Shown in pieces: positions 12,954-24,439 of a DNA stretch of 64,000 bases. The translations under genes were made by a program, and so were the position numbers. The notes beneath the pieces are model-generated. The model was given only the letters and a program-made list of their open reading frames with translations. It did no database searches and had not been told where the DNA came from. Position 1 is the stretch's first letter. Each line of letters opens with the position of its first letter. Source of the DNA: Chiloscyllium plagiosum (Eukaryota); contig NC_057718.1 in assembly GCF_004010195.1 (NCBI RefSeq), positions 94,150,039 to 94,214,038 on the forward strand, given 5' to 3'.

Positions 12954-13267
12954 AATGAAGCAAACTGCCCCATTCACTCATGAGAATCTTATTTTATAGT
13001 TGATTCTTCAATGAATAAAACTGCCCCACTCACTCATGAGAATCTTATTTTATTGTGGATTCTTCAATGAATCAAACCGCCCCACTCACTCATGAGAATC
13101 TTATTTTATTGTGGATTCTTCAATGAATAAAACTGCCCCACTCACTCATGAGAATCTTATTTTATTGTTGATTCTTCAATGAATAAAACTGCCCCACTCA
13201 CTCATGAGAATCTTATTTTATTGTGGATTCTTCAATGAATGAAACTGCCCCATTCACTCAAGAGAAT
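12954..13267. repeat. 56-bp tandem minisatellite (5 full units + partial) inside the FOXA2 intron
   Basis: C(T/C)GCCCC recurs at 12965, 13021, 13077, 13133, 13189 and 13245. Unit: AAACTGCCCCACTCACTCATGAGAATCTTATTTTATTGTGGATTCTTCAATGAATA. Confidence 0.97.
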
Positions 13268-13599
13268 AACTTTCTGTTTCTGAGTTGATATTTCGGGTTT
13301 TTTTTAAATTGAAAAAGAGCAGAAAAATCCACTTAATTGCTTTAACTACCAGACCCGATTCATTAATTCGAATTATTAATTAGAAATTCAACGAATTTTT
13401 TCAGCAGAAGCGATTTCAAAGCGAGATAGTCGTGAGCTAAAAAAGCGAGTGGGCAAGAACAGGGGGAAAATTGCACCAAAAACGATCTGCGTTAAAGTGC
13501 ACACTCTCCAGCTGACTTTCCAATAAGTAAGACTTGAGTTTAATCACCAGCTCAAACGAACAGGGAGTTAAATAAGTTATGTCTCGAGCGCTGTCGAAG

Positions 13600-13745
13600 T
13601 ATTTAAACGTACAACAGAAACTTTCTTTTAGCCAAATAGAACATTGTTTAAAGACTGTTGAGGTACAAATCGAGGAGGAATTGGAGCCGCGCAAGTCAAT
13701 ATTTGATCACAAAGTTAATATTATCTTAAGGCTAATATTATCTTG
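13600..13745. promoter_or_regulatory. Candidate intronic autoregulatory element (FoxA/Sox/HNF1-like sites)
   Basis: AAGTCAATA at 13693-13701 (TATTGACTT, a classic HNF3 site) overlaps TATTTGA; also ACAAAG 13709-13714, GTTAATATTA 13714-13723 and AACATTGTTT ~13640. Confidence 0.45.
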
Positions 13746-13799
13746 TACATAAAGAGGATTGCTTTAAAAAAAAACCAAAAAAAAACGTCGAGAGCTTAC

Positions 13800-13886
13800 C
13801 TCGGACTCTGCATAATAGGAGCTCCAATCTGCATGCTCATGTCCTTCCATTTTCACTGCGCCGAGCATACTGGAGGTAGGGTGCAT
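13800..13886 (-). CDS. FOXA2: FOXA2 first coding exon: [29 protein letters not shown] (ATGs at 13886 and 13868)
   Basis: Manual translation matches the FOXA2 N-terminus (human [29 protein letters not shown]). Too short for the ORF track. Spliced protein is 436 aa, or 442 aa from the upstream ATG. Confidence 0.95.
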
Positions 13887-13892
13887 TATAGG

Positions 13893-13923
<31 letters not shown>

Positions 13924-14139
13924 GAAAGTTCCTGCTGATTGTGGGCGATAGATTACCCCCGTGTCCGATTGCGGAATGGCTTATTTTTTTGGGGGGGAGG
14001 GGTGTGTGGAGGGTGGGAGGTGGTGGAGAGGGGTGTGTGTGTGTGTGTTGGTGGGGGAGGTGGGGGTAGTGCTGGGTTCTGCAGCCCTAATGCTAAGCTG
14101 CGGAGAAAGAACGATTCCAATGATGACAGTGGTTTGAAG

Positions 14140-14275
14140 TGACGTGGGTGGTTTAGCGGTGGACGGTGATATAAGCAGTCGGACCGCCAATCCCCAATTT
14201 CCTCGCAATCCTATTTGAATAATTATTTCACACCTAGGCGTGAGAACACTGTAGCTTGCTCCCCACCATTGTACA
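14140..14275. promoter_or_regulatory. Proximal regulatory module with a Brachyury/T-box palindrome
   Basis: TTTCACACCTAGGCGTGAGA at 14226-14245 is 18/20 identical to TTTCACACCTAGGTGTGAAA. Also Gli-like TGGGTGGTT 14145-14153, TGACGT 14140-14145, CCAAT ~14187 and Sox CATTGT 14267-14272. Confidence 0.6.
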
Positions 14276-16520
14276 CCTGCCACCAGCATCAAAAAAGGTG
14301 TGTGTGGGGGGCATATTTTGAACGGATTCATTAGACCGACGTGTGATTTGTTCCATTAATACGTGTATGTGCTTGTGTGTGTGTATGTTTTGTTTGGGGG
14401 GTGGGGGGTGTTCAGGGGTGATAGAGAACATTCCTATCTAATTTCTTCTAAAAAAAAAGTCTCTCAAACAAAAATGCTCCATTATAAGGGACCGCACTGC
14501 AACCTGAGTTAATAGAAATGGACAAATTCAGATCTCATTTTTGTTTTGAACGGGAGTTTTGAGATCTGTCACGTTTAATTGTGTCTCTTCCTCAGCTCCA
14601 ACCCACCCCCTTCTCCTCCCCTTCCCCTCTCCCAGAGGTGTTTGCTTTTGCTTGGAATGCTAACGCTACACCGGGGACTGTCACAGAGTCTTGGACCCCT
14701 GAATAAAATCGAGTTGATCAAAATGACCGGCTGACTGTTCCATCGGATCATTTAAGGGATTGTGATTATGGGGTGCAAGTCCATTTGGTGGTGGGGAGTC
14801 TCAAAGGGCTCCTACGATTGCAAGAAAAACAAGCACATTTTTTTTCACGGGTTATATAATGGCAATCGATATAATATTAACCCGCCTTCATGCAGTGAAC
14901 ACACCATCATTGGCTCAGTTTAATTTCTTGGACGGCGGAGACACTGTTACACTGTCCACCTTTTCACTGGCGTAGCCAGTGGACACACTGCCAGGGGAAG
15001 GTGTACTGTATATCTCTTTGCCAAAAGTCAGAAAAATCCGTGATTTAAAATTACTCGTTGCTAAAGAAATGGAGCATGTTAAGAATCCTAGTAAAACGCC
15101 GTGTCAAACGCCTACCTGCGCGCACACACACACAGCTAAATCGTATTCTGTTCAATTCGTCAAAACACAACTCAGTTTCCACACATTAGTTAGCGTTTGC
15201 ATATTTAAGACAATCTCACGTGCGTGTGTTTACCAACAGCCGTTTGATGCACCTCAAATTCTTCTTGAGAACTCAAAAATCTTATTTTGCTTTTTTGGAG
15301 TCGAGTTTAAATGCAGTTTAAACGGACTACACTTTGAGATTGCTGCATCACTGTTGGAGATTTAACAGTCATGAGAAAATGGGACCCCGTTATTGAAAAT
15401 ATATTCGTTTAATTGTGTTTTGTTGTGGGGGGAGGGGGTGAGTGAATGTGAGGGAGGAAATGTGGTGCATTTTCAGTAAACCCTGCAGTATGTTAACAGC
15501 TGACAGTGACAAGAGTTCCTAACGCGAGGGCACAATGCGGACAACACCAGAGTTATACTGCACACTTCATCCTTACTTCACCTGTCGAGAGAGAGAGGAC
15601 AGTGGAGGTGTCACAGCATTTTCTGTGTCCTATTAGGAGACTACAGAACGGATGTTTCAGGATGTCTGAGGTATATTTTAGACAGGCAGCAGATTCCAGA
15701 CTCCAAAAGGAACTGGCCCCACTGCTGTGACAGGAGGTTGTGGCAAGCCAGTTCAGTGAATGGAAGGTCCTGTTCAGTGCATCCTTATCAAAATCACAAG
15801 AGGTGTCTGGGACAGTAACAGCAAGTCCAAAACACCCACGCAGCCTGAGGGAAATAAGAACAAACGCATTATTAAACTGCTACTGAAAGACAAAACCATA
15901 ATAAATAATTTAGTGATTGTTCGAAAGGAGGCATAATTCGAAAGCTCTGCAGTTTCTTTAACGTGGCCCCCAATTTGAAGGGGGTGGGTGGAGCAAGGAC
16001 AGATTTGAACCCCCCCCCCCTCATCACTTTTAACGGGTGTACCCGGCTAATGCAAACAACACCAATGTTATGGGGCTTTTTGCTGTTGACTCATACAGTT
16101 TATAAATGTTTTATTTTCCTTCACCCCACCCCCCCTCCCCCCGGTGAATTTGTGGGCCGTCCTTGTTTCTTCAGCAGCATTTACCTCCCCGGAGTAAATG
16201 TTTACTGAAAAACATCTCGTCTGGCTCACAATCCTCACAGCTGTAAAAGTTGTCCTTCTTTGTATTTGCTGTCTGGAGGGCAGTGTTACTCAAACTTTTA
16301 AAAAAATTGTTAGCAGCAACAACAAAATGAAAAAAAAAGCAACACCTGATTATGCCACGCAGCTTAGATAAGGCACTTTTGGCTCAGTGCTGGTTTTAAT
16401 TAATATTGGAGCATTTTCTCTGGTGCAGCGCAGTAACAAACAAATAAAAATCTCTGATGTTACAATGTTCTAAAAAAACGTCAACATCGTCCTTAGGGGT
16501 CAGAGGGCTGCTCTCTCGGT

Positions 16521-16667
16521 TGGGTATATGAATAGGAAGGATTTGGAGGGATATGGGCCGGGTGCTGGCAGGTGGGACTAGATTGGGTTGGGATATCTGG
16601 TCAGTATGGACGGGTTGGACCGAAGGGTCTGTTTCCTTGCTGTACATCTCTATGACTCTATGACTCT
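16521..16667 (+). mobile_element. CR1/HER1-type LINE 3' tail
   Basis: GGGTATATGAATAGGAAGG..GGGTTGGACCGAAGGGTCTGTTTCC followed by the (CTATGACT)n tail; same family as 26712-27645. Confidence 0.85.
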
Positions 16668-17129
16668 CAATGCAGAGGACATTGAATAATTTGGGCTATC
16701 AGGACTTTAATGATTCTATGATAAACAGGAATAAAGCTGGACAAGGGCTCCCCCTGTTGGCACACTCCTTCTGGTGATCCCACCACAAGAAGTCCTGGCC
16801 ACCTTGGCTCGTCCATTGTTCCAAACACCGTCTATTCGATGAGAATCCGCCTTCCGGTTTTGCAACATTATGAACATCCACGTATCCCACCTCTACAAAG
16901 TGTAGCGGGTCAGTATTTTTTTTTCTTTCATCTGGACGTGGAAACTATATTTCAGCCGTGCAATCAGTTTCAATCCCTTTTTTTTACTCTTTGCACGCAG
17001 CTCGGCAGGTGTAGCCGTTTATAGTGTACTTTTGTTTTGGATGTTACAATTCAAACAGTTTCATGCACAGCGTACCCCATCAAGGCAACTTGCTGAATAC
17101 TGTACTGCCGTCTGTCTTATATTTGTCAA

Positions 17130-17335
17130 TACAAAACCAAAAGAACTGCGGATGCAGAAACGAAATCGGGAGTTGCTGGACCAGCTCAGCAGGTCTGGCT
17201 ACACCTTTGTGATGAGAAATCAGAGTCAACCTTTCGGGTGACAATACCTCAGAATTGGGTGGACTCGAAACGTTAATTCTGATTTCTCTGCACAGATGCT
17301 GCCAGACCTGCTGAGCTTTTCCAGCTATCTCTGAT
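17130..17335. mobile_element. Palindromic Penelope-derived element (family C), decayed
   Basis: Inverted arms GCTGG..CAGCTCAGCAGGTCTGGC / GCCAGACCTGCTGAGCTTTTCCAGC, with hammerhead remnant GACTCGAAACGTTAA at ~17262. Confidence 0.65.
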
Positions 17336-17594
17336 CTTGCATTTGTGTCTTTTAGTATTTGGAAAGAGTTTACTCTTCCAGTAGTTTGAACATCATTGCA
17401 TTTCACCTAAAGGTTCCTTATTTTAAGTGGAATAACTGAGCTCCTTCAGAAGATTGAGATTTCTTTATTTTGGTGTTATTCTAATTTTTGTTTGAATCTG
17501 TGATATGTTCTTTGCTCAGTCCAAGTTCTTGAAATTCAGAGACAGTTACAGGTAAACCAGAATTGAACAATGACTGCTATAATTGGCCTTACTT

Positions 17595-17775
17595 CTTTGA
17601 TTTGATTTATTATTGTCACATGTACCTAGGCATAGTGAAATGTTTTGTTTAGTGTGCAGTAGAGACAGTTCGTACCATACAAAGTGCATTGGGTAGTAGA
17701 ATAGAGCGAGGAATAAAGTGTTACAGCTGCAGAGAAGGTGTGCAAAGAGTGAGATCAACATTAAATCTAAAATTT
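17595..17775 (-). mobile_element. Rex1/Babar-like LINE 3' tail
   Basis: TTTGATTTGATTTATTATTGTCACATGTAC... is the reverse complement of the tail at ~25080-25240; another copy lies at ~49717-50095. Confidence 0.6.
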
Positions 17776-18174
17776 AAGATGCCCTTCTTACACCAATTTA
17801 GACCAGCGCCTGCTAGTCAACACTATGCACAGATTTCAAATGTTACTTGTAACCTCTTCAAGTCCTTGATATCCTTTCTGAAGTGTGGTGCACAGAGATG
17901 GATACAATGCTTGAGAATGATTTAGTTCAGTTCCAAGGGTTTATCTTACTGCTGTACTCTGAATTTCAATTAATTAAACCAAGGACTTCATGTGTTTTAT
18001 TTTCACAATCCCATTAACTTGTCCTTGCATCTTCCGTGATTCCATGAAGATGATGCTGTGCTGAACAGCCAGGTTTCAGGGTGGCAGTGGTAGGCATGTT
18101 AGGGCCTCCTCCTCCAGAGTAGAATTATCCACAAAGAACAGTTTACAATTGCAACTGCTAAAAGTGTATTAAAG

Positions 18175-18540
18175 AATCAGAGAGTCATGCAGCATGGAAT
18201 ACAGAGCCTGTGGTCCAACTCGTCCATGCCAGGTTTCCCATAATCCATATCCCTCTAAACCTTTCCTACTCATGTTCGTGTAAAAATATTTTTTAAATGT
18301 TGTAACTGCACCTAGATTTACCACGTCTTTTGGCAGCTTGTTCCACTCAGGCACCACCCTCTGTTTGAAAAAGTTGCCCCTCATGTCCCTTTTAAATCTT
18401 TCTCCTCTCACCTTAAGCCTATACCCTCTAGTTTTGAACTCCCCTAACGTAGGGAAAAGACCATTGCTGTACACCCTGTCTGTGCCCCTCATGATTTTAT
18501 AAACCTCTATACGGTCACTCCTCAAACTCCTACACTCCTG
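18175..18540 (-). mobile_element. CR1-type LINE 3' fragment
   Basis: ORF 18169-18525 (IEVYKIMRG..RGNFFKQRVV..WNKLP) is a CR1 ORF2 C-terminus. Confidence 0.88.
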
Positions 18541-18624
18541 GAATGGGCTGTGTTGAGTTGCCTAATTTCAAGGAACTTCATCACAAGGTACTGAAGATAG
18601 ATGATTTTTAAAAATATTTATTTC

Positions 18625-18740
18625 GGTTTATCTAATCAACCTGTTCAGAGATGTTATTACACACCTCTGGAGCAGGTGGGAATTGAACCCAGGCATCCTG
18701 GTCGAGGGATAGGGACACTATCACTGTGCACAAGAGGGCT
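18625..18740 (-). mobile_element. tRNA-derived SINE head
   Basis: Minus strand shows A-box-like GCACAGTGATAG and B-box GGGTTCAATTCC. Confidence 0.5.
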
Positions 18741-19019
18741 CTAGGTGTGTCTTTCTCTTTGTTGGATGGGCTCCTCCAGATAATGAACTACTAACTGGGG
18801 AGCTGATGCATTAAATGAACAGATGCTGAGAAAGGCTGGTGCTATTGGTGAAGGAAAGATAAGACGTCAGTCCCACCCATTTGCACTCTTGTGTTTCCCT
18901 TACATTGTGGAATTCACCTAGCAGAGAATATTCATTCCCACATGCAGTGCAAAAAAAAACACAGCAGGGTTAACATTGGACCATTGAGGGAAATCAGTCT
19001 TTCTCAATATTTGTTGAAA

Positions 19020-19340
19020 CATCCCCACAGTGCAGACAGAGGCCATCCAGCCCATCAAGTCTGCATCAAGCCTCCAAAGAGTATTCCAACCCCTCTACCC
19101 TATCCCCATAACTCCACATTTGCCACGGCTAATGCACCTTAGGTACTATAGGGCAATTTAGCCTGGCCAATCCATCTAACCTGCACATTGTTGGACTGTG
19201 GGAGGAAACCGGAGCACCCAGAGGAAACCCACACAAACACAGGGGTGAACGTGCATAGTCCTCACAGTCAGTCACCCAAGGTGGGCTGGAATCGAACTCA
19301 GGTCCCTAGCAATGAGGCAACAGTTCTAACTGTGCCACCC
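19020..19340 (-). mobile_element. HE1-like elasmobranch SINE
   Basis: GGACTGTGGGAGGAAACCGGAGCACCCAGAGGAAACCCAC core, with a tRNA-like head at the right end. Confidence 0.8.
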
Positions 19341-19919
19341 CACTGAGTGTATGTTTGTACATATGCTGACTTTGTTTGTTTACCTCACCCGCAACAAAAT
19401 GCAACTTCATTTCAAAAATAATTTTCCTTGCATTAGAATGATAACTATTTTTCTCCTTCAGTCATTCAACAGACCCAAAAGGAATTTTCTAACATTTCTT
19501 ATGTTTGAGTCCTTTTCTTTGCTGGATCTGTTTCACAGAATTTGGTTAGTCAGATTGAGTTTTTTTTTCGGTTTTCTCCATCTCCTCTTTCAGCCTTGGC
19601 CTTTCCTGTTCCAACAGAACTTGACCCTTCACCAACATTTCCCAATCAAAAACTCGGGAGGGGACAGATTTCACCAACGGTCGACACTCCGAATATGAAC
19701 TTTGCTTTTCCTTTCTTGAACAGTGAAAGGCTGTAGATTTCGAAACATGTTTTGCTGTTTTAAATGTGAGGCACTGACAGAACTCAGAATTCTCATGTTG
19801 AGGAAGATCTTTCATTTTGTCGTCTCTCAATATAACCTCTTAGGACAAATTGTAACCTCTGAAGGCTCCATTAAATCACCGAAAGCAGTTAATGAATGGT
19901 CGGACCCTCTGAAGCATTG

Positions 19920-20560
19920 AGGATCAGAGGAACTTGGATGTGCATGCCAACTGGTCCCTTAAGGTAGTGGGACAGGGAGATATAGTAGTTAACATGAGAT
20001 GTGGAATACTTCCTTAGCTGAGACATAGAATTTACGAGCAGTGAGGTGATGCTGGAATTATACAGAATGTTGGTTAGACCACAGCTAGAGTAGTGACTGC
20101 AAATCTGGAATCCGTAATATAGAAAGGATGTGATTGCTTTGTAGGTGGCACAGATGAGATTTACCAGGATGTTGCCTTGGATGGAGAGTTTGTAAAGAGA
20201 GATTGGATTGTTTTCCTTGGCGCAGAGGAAACTGTGATTGTGCATGATTGAGATAAAATAATGTGAGGCCTAGACAGGGTAGATGGGAAGAAGCTTTTCC
20301 CTTTGATGGAGTGATCAACAATGAGGGACATGGATGTAAGGCAAGGGACAGGAGATTCAGAGGGTATATGAAAACATTTTCACCTCAAGGGTGGTAGGAA
20401 TGTGGAACTCACAGCTTCTAAGGGAGATGGAGGAAAAAATGCTCGTCATATTTAAGAAGTAGTGAGATGTCCATAAAGCTATGGGCAGTTGGTGGAAAAT
20501 GGGATTATAGTATATGGCTGGTGTAGATTCAATGTGCTGTAGACCTCTATGACTTAGCTG
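19920..20560 (+). mobile_element. Decayed CR1-type LINE 3' region
   Basis: Remnants of LYRMLVRPQLE, RFTRMLP and FTSRVVGMWNS motifs. Confidence 0.7.
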
Positions 20561-20961
20561 GGCACAAATGATCTTCCAATCCTGTACCACAGTACCATGA
20601 TAAAACATTAAACGTTAAAAGCCGAATAATAGAAAAGATGTCTTGCATATTACTTGCCATATGTACTGCATAAATGATCAGAATCCCCTCCAGTGTAGAA
20701 ACAGGCACTTCAGCCCAACTAGTCCACACGCTTCTAAGGGAGATGGAGGAAAAAATGCTCGTCATATTTAAGAAGTAGTGAGATGTCCATAAAGCTATGG
20801 GCAGTTGGTGGAAAATGGGATTATAGTATATGGCTGGTGTAGATTCAATGTGCTGTAGACCTCTATGACTTAGCTGGGCACAAATGATCTTCCAATCCTG
20901 TACCACAGTACCATGATAAAACATTAAACGTTAAAAGCCAAATAATAGAAAAGATGTCTTG
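20414..20961 (+). repeat. Near-identical 232-bp direct duplication with an 84-bp spacer copied from 22138-22221
   Basis: 20414-20645 equals 20730-20961 (one mismatch seen, 20624 vs 20940); 20646-20729 equals 22138-22221. Confidence 0.92.
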
Positions 20962-22169
20962 AACCACAACAACCTCAGCTTTAAACAGGAGTGAAACTAG
21001 TGAACAAATCACCAAGAATTCATTTCTGTTCCCTGCAAACCGACCGCATCAGACTTGCCAAAACTCACTTTGTTTCAGCAGTGTCTACTTGGCTTACAGC
21101 AAAGCAATGTAATCACCCATACTTCAAAATTTATTCCAAGAAACTGATTGCATTTCTAACTCATGCAAAGGGAGACATAAGCAGTTTTAATATAACTTTT
21201 AAAAGGAAATTGAATAAGTACCTAAAAGGGGAACTTACTGGGCTATGGGGTAGAAGATAACGTAATGGGAAAAATTGGAAAAAGTCTTTAAAGAATCTAC
21301 ATAGGGACAGTGGGGCCAATGGCTTCTATCTATAATGTCTGTTTCTACAATGAATTCAAAGGTGTCTATTTTAGTGAGGATCTCTGAGTTGGCAGTGATC
21401 TGAATGCTGTTGTGAACACAATGTCAGCACTGCTGGGCTGAGAGAGCACTTGCCAGTTTTAATTCTGGATGACTTTTATGTCAGTGTTCTTCATGTTTCT
21501 AATCACATTCATATTGAGAGTTTTCTGACTCTTGGCCATTCCCCTGTTCTGAAATACCAGAGGCCAGGTCATAACCCCCAAAAAATGCAATGTAACTAAA
21601 AAAAAATCACTATTAAAATGGCCTTAAATTATCCCCTCCCGCCCACCATTCCTCCATGGACATTACTGGCAAAGAAAGCATTTGTTGTCCATCCCTAGCT
21701 TTTTCTTGAACTAAATGACGTGGCAGGGCCATTTCAAACTCAATCACATGTAGTCACACAAAGACATTACCTTTCCTAAAAGGGCATTAGTGAGCTGTGG
21801 AAAGAGAGACAGAGTTAAGGTCTCGAGTCTGTTAGTGAATTCTTCTTAATTCCAGAGGGAGAGAAAAGGAAAAATGATTAGGATTTGAAATTATTAAACC
21901 CAACGAATTTACATTAACTATGTGGTTTGCAAATGATTCCACTGGAAATACACAGTCTTGATTAATCATCACCCTAATATTTTATACTTGCAGCTATAAT
22001 ATATTTGCTCTCTGTTGACTGCACTTTAGAAGTGGTTAACTGATTGTAAAGACAGTTGGGACATTCTGAAGCAATGAAGAGGGCATTATAAATGGAATAT
22101 GCTGCAGGCAATCTGCAATCAACTACATTGCGTGTTACATATTACTTGCCATATGTACTGCATAAATGA

Positions 22170-22500
22170 TCAGAATCCCCTCCAGTGTAGAAACAGGCAC
22201 TTCAGCCCAACTAGTCCACACTGACCCTCCAGACCCATCCCCCCACCAATCCTATTACTCTACATTTACCCCTGTCTAATGCACCTAACCTGCATATCCC
22301 TAAGCACTATGGGCAATTTTAAGCATGGTCAATTCACCTAACCTGCACATCTTTGGACTGTCGGAGGAAACCAGAGCATATCCATGCAGACATAGGGAGA
22401 ATGTGCAAACTCCTCACAGACGGTTGCCTGAAGCTGGAATCGAACCCAGGTCCCTGGCGCTGTGAAGCAGCAGTGCTAACCACTGTACCACCGTGCCGCC
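22170..22500 (-). mobile_element. HE1-like SINE, near full length
   Basis: Head GGCGGCACGGTGGTACAGTGGTTAGCACTGCTGC..GGGTTCGATTCC on the minus strand; CR1-like tail at left. Confidence 0.88.
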
Positions 22501-23409
22501 TTGGGCCCAAGGGCCTGTGCCCGAAACGTCGAATCTCCTGTTCCCTGGATGCTGCCTGACCTGCTGTGCTGTTCCAGCAATAAAGTTTCAACCCTGTTGT
22601 TAGACCCCGTTATTGCAATGTAATGATCTATTATTAATTTTGGTGATTGCAATGCCTGAACATTCCTTGAACAATACTTGTTGAAATCTGTAGCAGTCTG
22701 AGGCTTTAGTTGCTGGGTGCTCTGAGCCCCATCTAGTGGTGTTTTTAAAGCACAGAAAGGCAGTTATTTCTATCGAAACATCACTATCGTGCCATTTAAT
22801 TCCACCATTCAGTTTTAACCAAAACATTTTGCTTTTGTTTTATTGCTTTGCAATTTTGCCATTGTCATTTTATTGTGTTTTTGTTTTTGAAAATGCACTG
22901 CACCAGCAAATAAAACTCTCCAGTTTTAGCTCTGCTTGGAATGGACTGACTTTCCAATGATGCACATGTGACTTTCTGAGTGCTGACCATTCTGAGTTGG
23001 TGGTTGTGGCCAGCATTCATAATGTCTGCAGAAGGGGACATCTTGATTCCTTCAGGGGAAAGCACGATGGGCCCAATGGCTTCATTCTGTGCCATAATAC
23101 TTCTGGTGATTCTGATGTACGTGGATATGAAGTTCTCACATGTTCGCAATGGCATACTGCTGTTTGCCCCGTTTGAAGAAAATAAAGTAAACTTGGACAT
23201 TACTACACTCCACATATAGTGAGGAGAGTACGCAGCATAATAAAAAGACTGAAGCTGCCAGGTACTGTTTCTTTTCGGGGAGAGATGAGGAGACATTAGA
23301 GTTGGTGCTTGCTCTGACTCCACACAATGAGGAAGATTGGTACAATCTAATTTCACACTCACTGTTATACTCTGGTAAACACATTAAATTGTCTTTGAAT
23401 GCACAATTC

Positions 23410-23600
23410 ATGGCTAAGGGGTGGGTTAGCTGTTGGTCTGTTATACAAGTACAACGCCAACAAGTGGATTCAATTCCTGCATTGGCTGAGGTTACTGTGA
23501 AGGACTTTTCTTCTCAATCTCTCTGAGACTTGGCCAAGTTGAACTACCACCAGTCGTCTTTCTCTCATTAAAGAGCAGCCCTATGGTCCAATAGGATAAG
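23410..23600 (+). mobile_element. Old tRNA-derived SINE
   Basis: GGGTTAGCT..GGATTCAATTCC boxes; partly duplicated at 25714-25878. Confidence 0.5.
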
Positions 23601-24210
23601 AATCATAGAATCCCTACCCTATCAGTATGAAAGCAGGCCATTCAGCCCACACTGACCCTCTGCAAATCATCCCACCCCAACCCTATCACCCTGCATTTTC
23701 CATGGCTTAATCCACTGACCATGCACACTACAGGGTAATTTAGGTTAGGTTACATTACATTACTTACAGTGTGGAAACAGATCCTTCGGCCCAACAAGTC
23801 TACACCGGCCCTCCAAAGAGCAACCCCCTATGTTTACCCATTCACCTAACACTACGGACAACTTTGCATGGCCAATTCACCTAACTTGCACATCTTTGGA
23901 CTGTGGGAGGAAACCCATACAGACACAGGGAGAATGTGCAAACACCACACAGACAGTTGCCTGAGACGGGAATTGAACCAGGGTCTCTGGCACTGTGAGG
24001 CAGCAGTGCTAACCACTGTGCCACCGTGCCACCCAAATGTAGCATGGCCAATCCACCCAACTTGCACATCTTTAAACTGTGGGAGGAAACCTGCACAGAC
24101 ACGGGGAGAATGCGCAAACTCCACGCAGACAGTCGCCCAAGGCTGGAATCGAATTCAAGTCCCTTGTGCTAACAGTGGTAGCAGTGCTAACCACTGAGCC
24201 ACAGTGCTGC
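23600..24210 (-). mobile_element. Cluster of tandem/nested HE1-like SINEs
   Basis: Two heads (ending ~24032 and ~24210) and at least two tails. Confidence 0.85.
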
Positions 24211-24439
24211 CTAGGTGCCATCTAGGTAACATATTATTCATGTTCTTCACTGCCAACAAATATTGGGTCATGACAATTGGCAAATCTGATAAAATAGACA
24301 TTTTACAGATGGAATAAATTCAGATACTAGGTGTAGAAGTGAAATTACAACACCCTCTCACCCACACCCAGCATGTGTTGCCAGTAAGGTAAAGGTTAAC
24401 TGCTTCTTCTTCTTTACTTGTGGAACTATAATCTTTTAA

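Larger units (their letters stand above)
12834..13799 (-). other. FOXA2: FOXA2 phase-0 intron (966 nt)
   Basis: Donor GAG|GTAAG at 13800/13799; polypyrimidine tract and TAG acceptor at 12836-12834; splicing keeps the frame. Confidence 0.93.

Noticed and set aside
12954..13267. Regular repeat superficially like a CRISPR array
   Set aside because: No unique spacers, no cas genes, and it lies in a vertebrate intron; it is a minisatellite.
11592..13886. Assignment as FOXA1 or FOXA3
   Set aside because: Both termini ([31 protein letters not shown]) match FOXA2.
22440..22500. tRNA-like A/B boxes (also at other HE1 copies)
   Set aside because: These are SINE heads without a full cloverleaf, not tRNA genes.
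22980..23219. 79-aa ORF with hydrophobic stretches
   Set aside because: Non-ATG start, no recognised family and no splice support; a tBLASTn search would be needed to exclude an old pseudogene.
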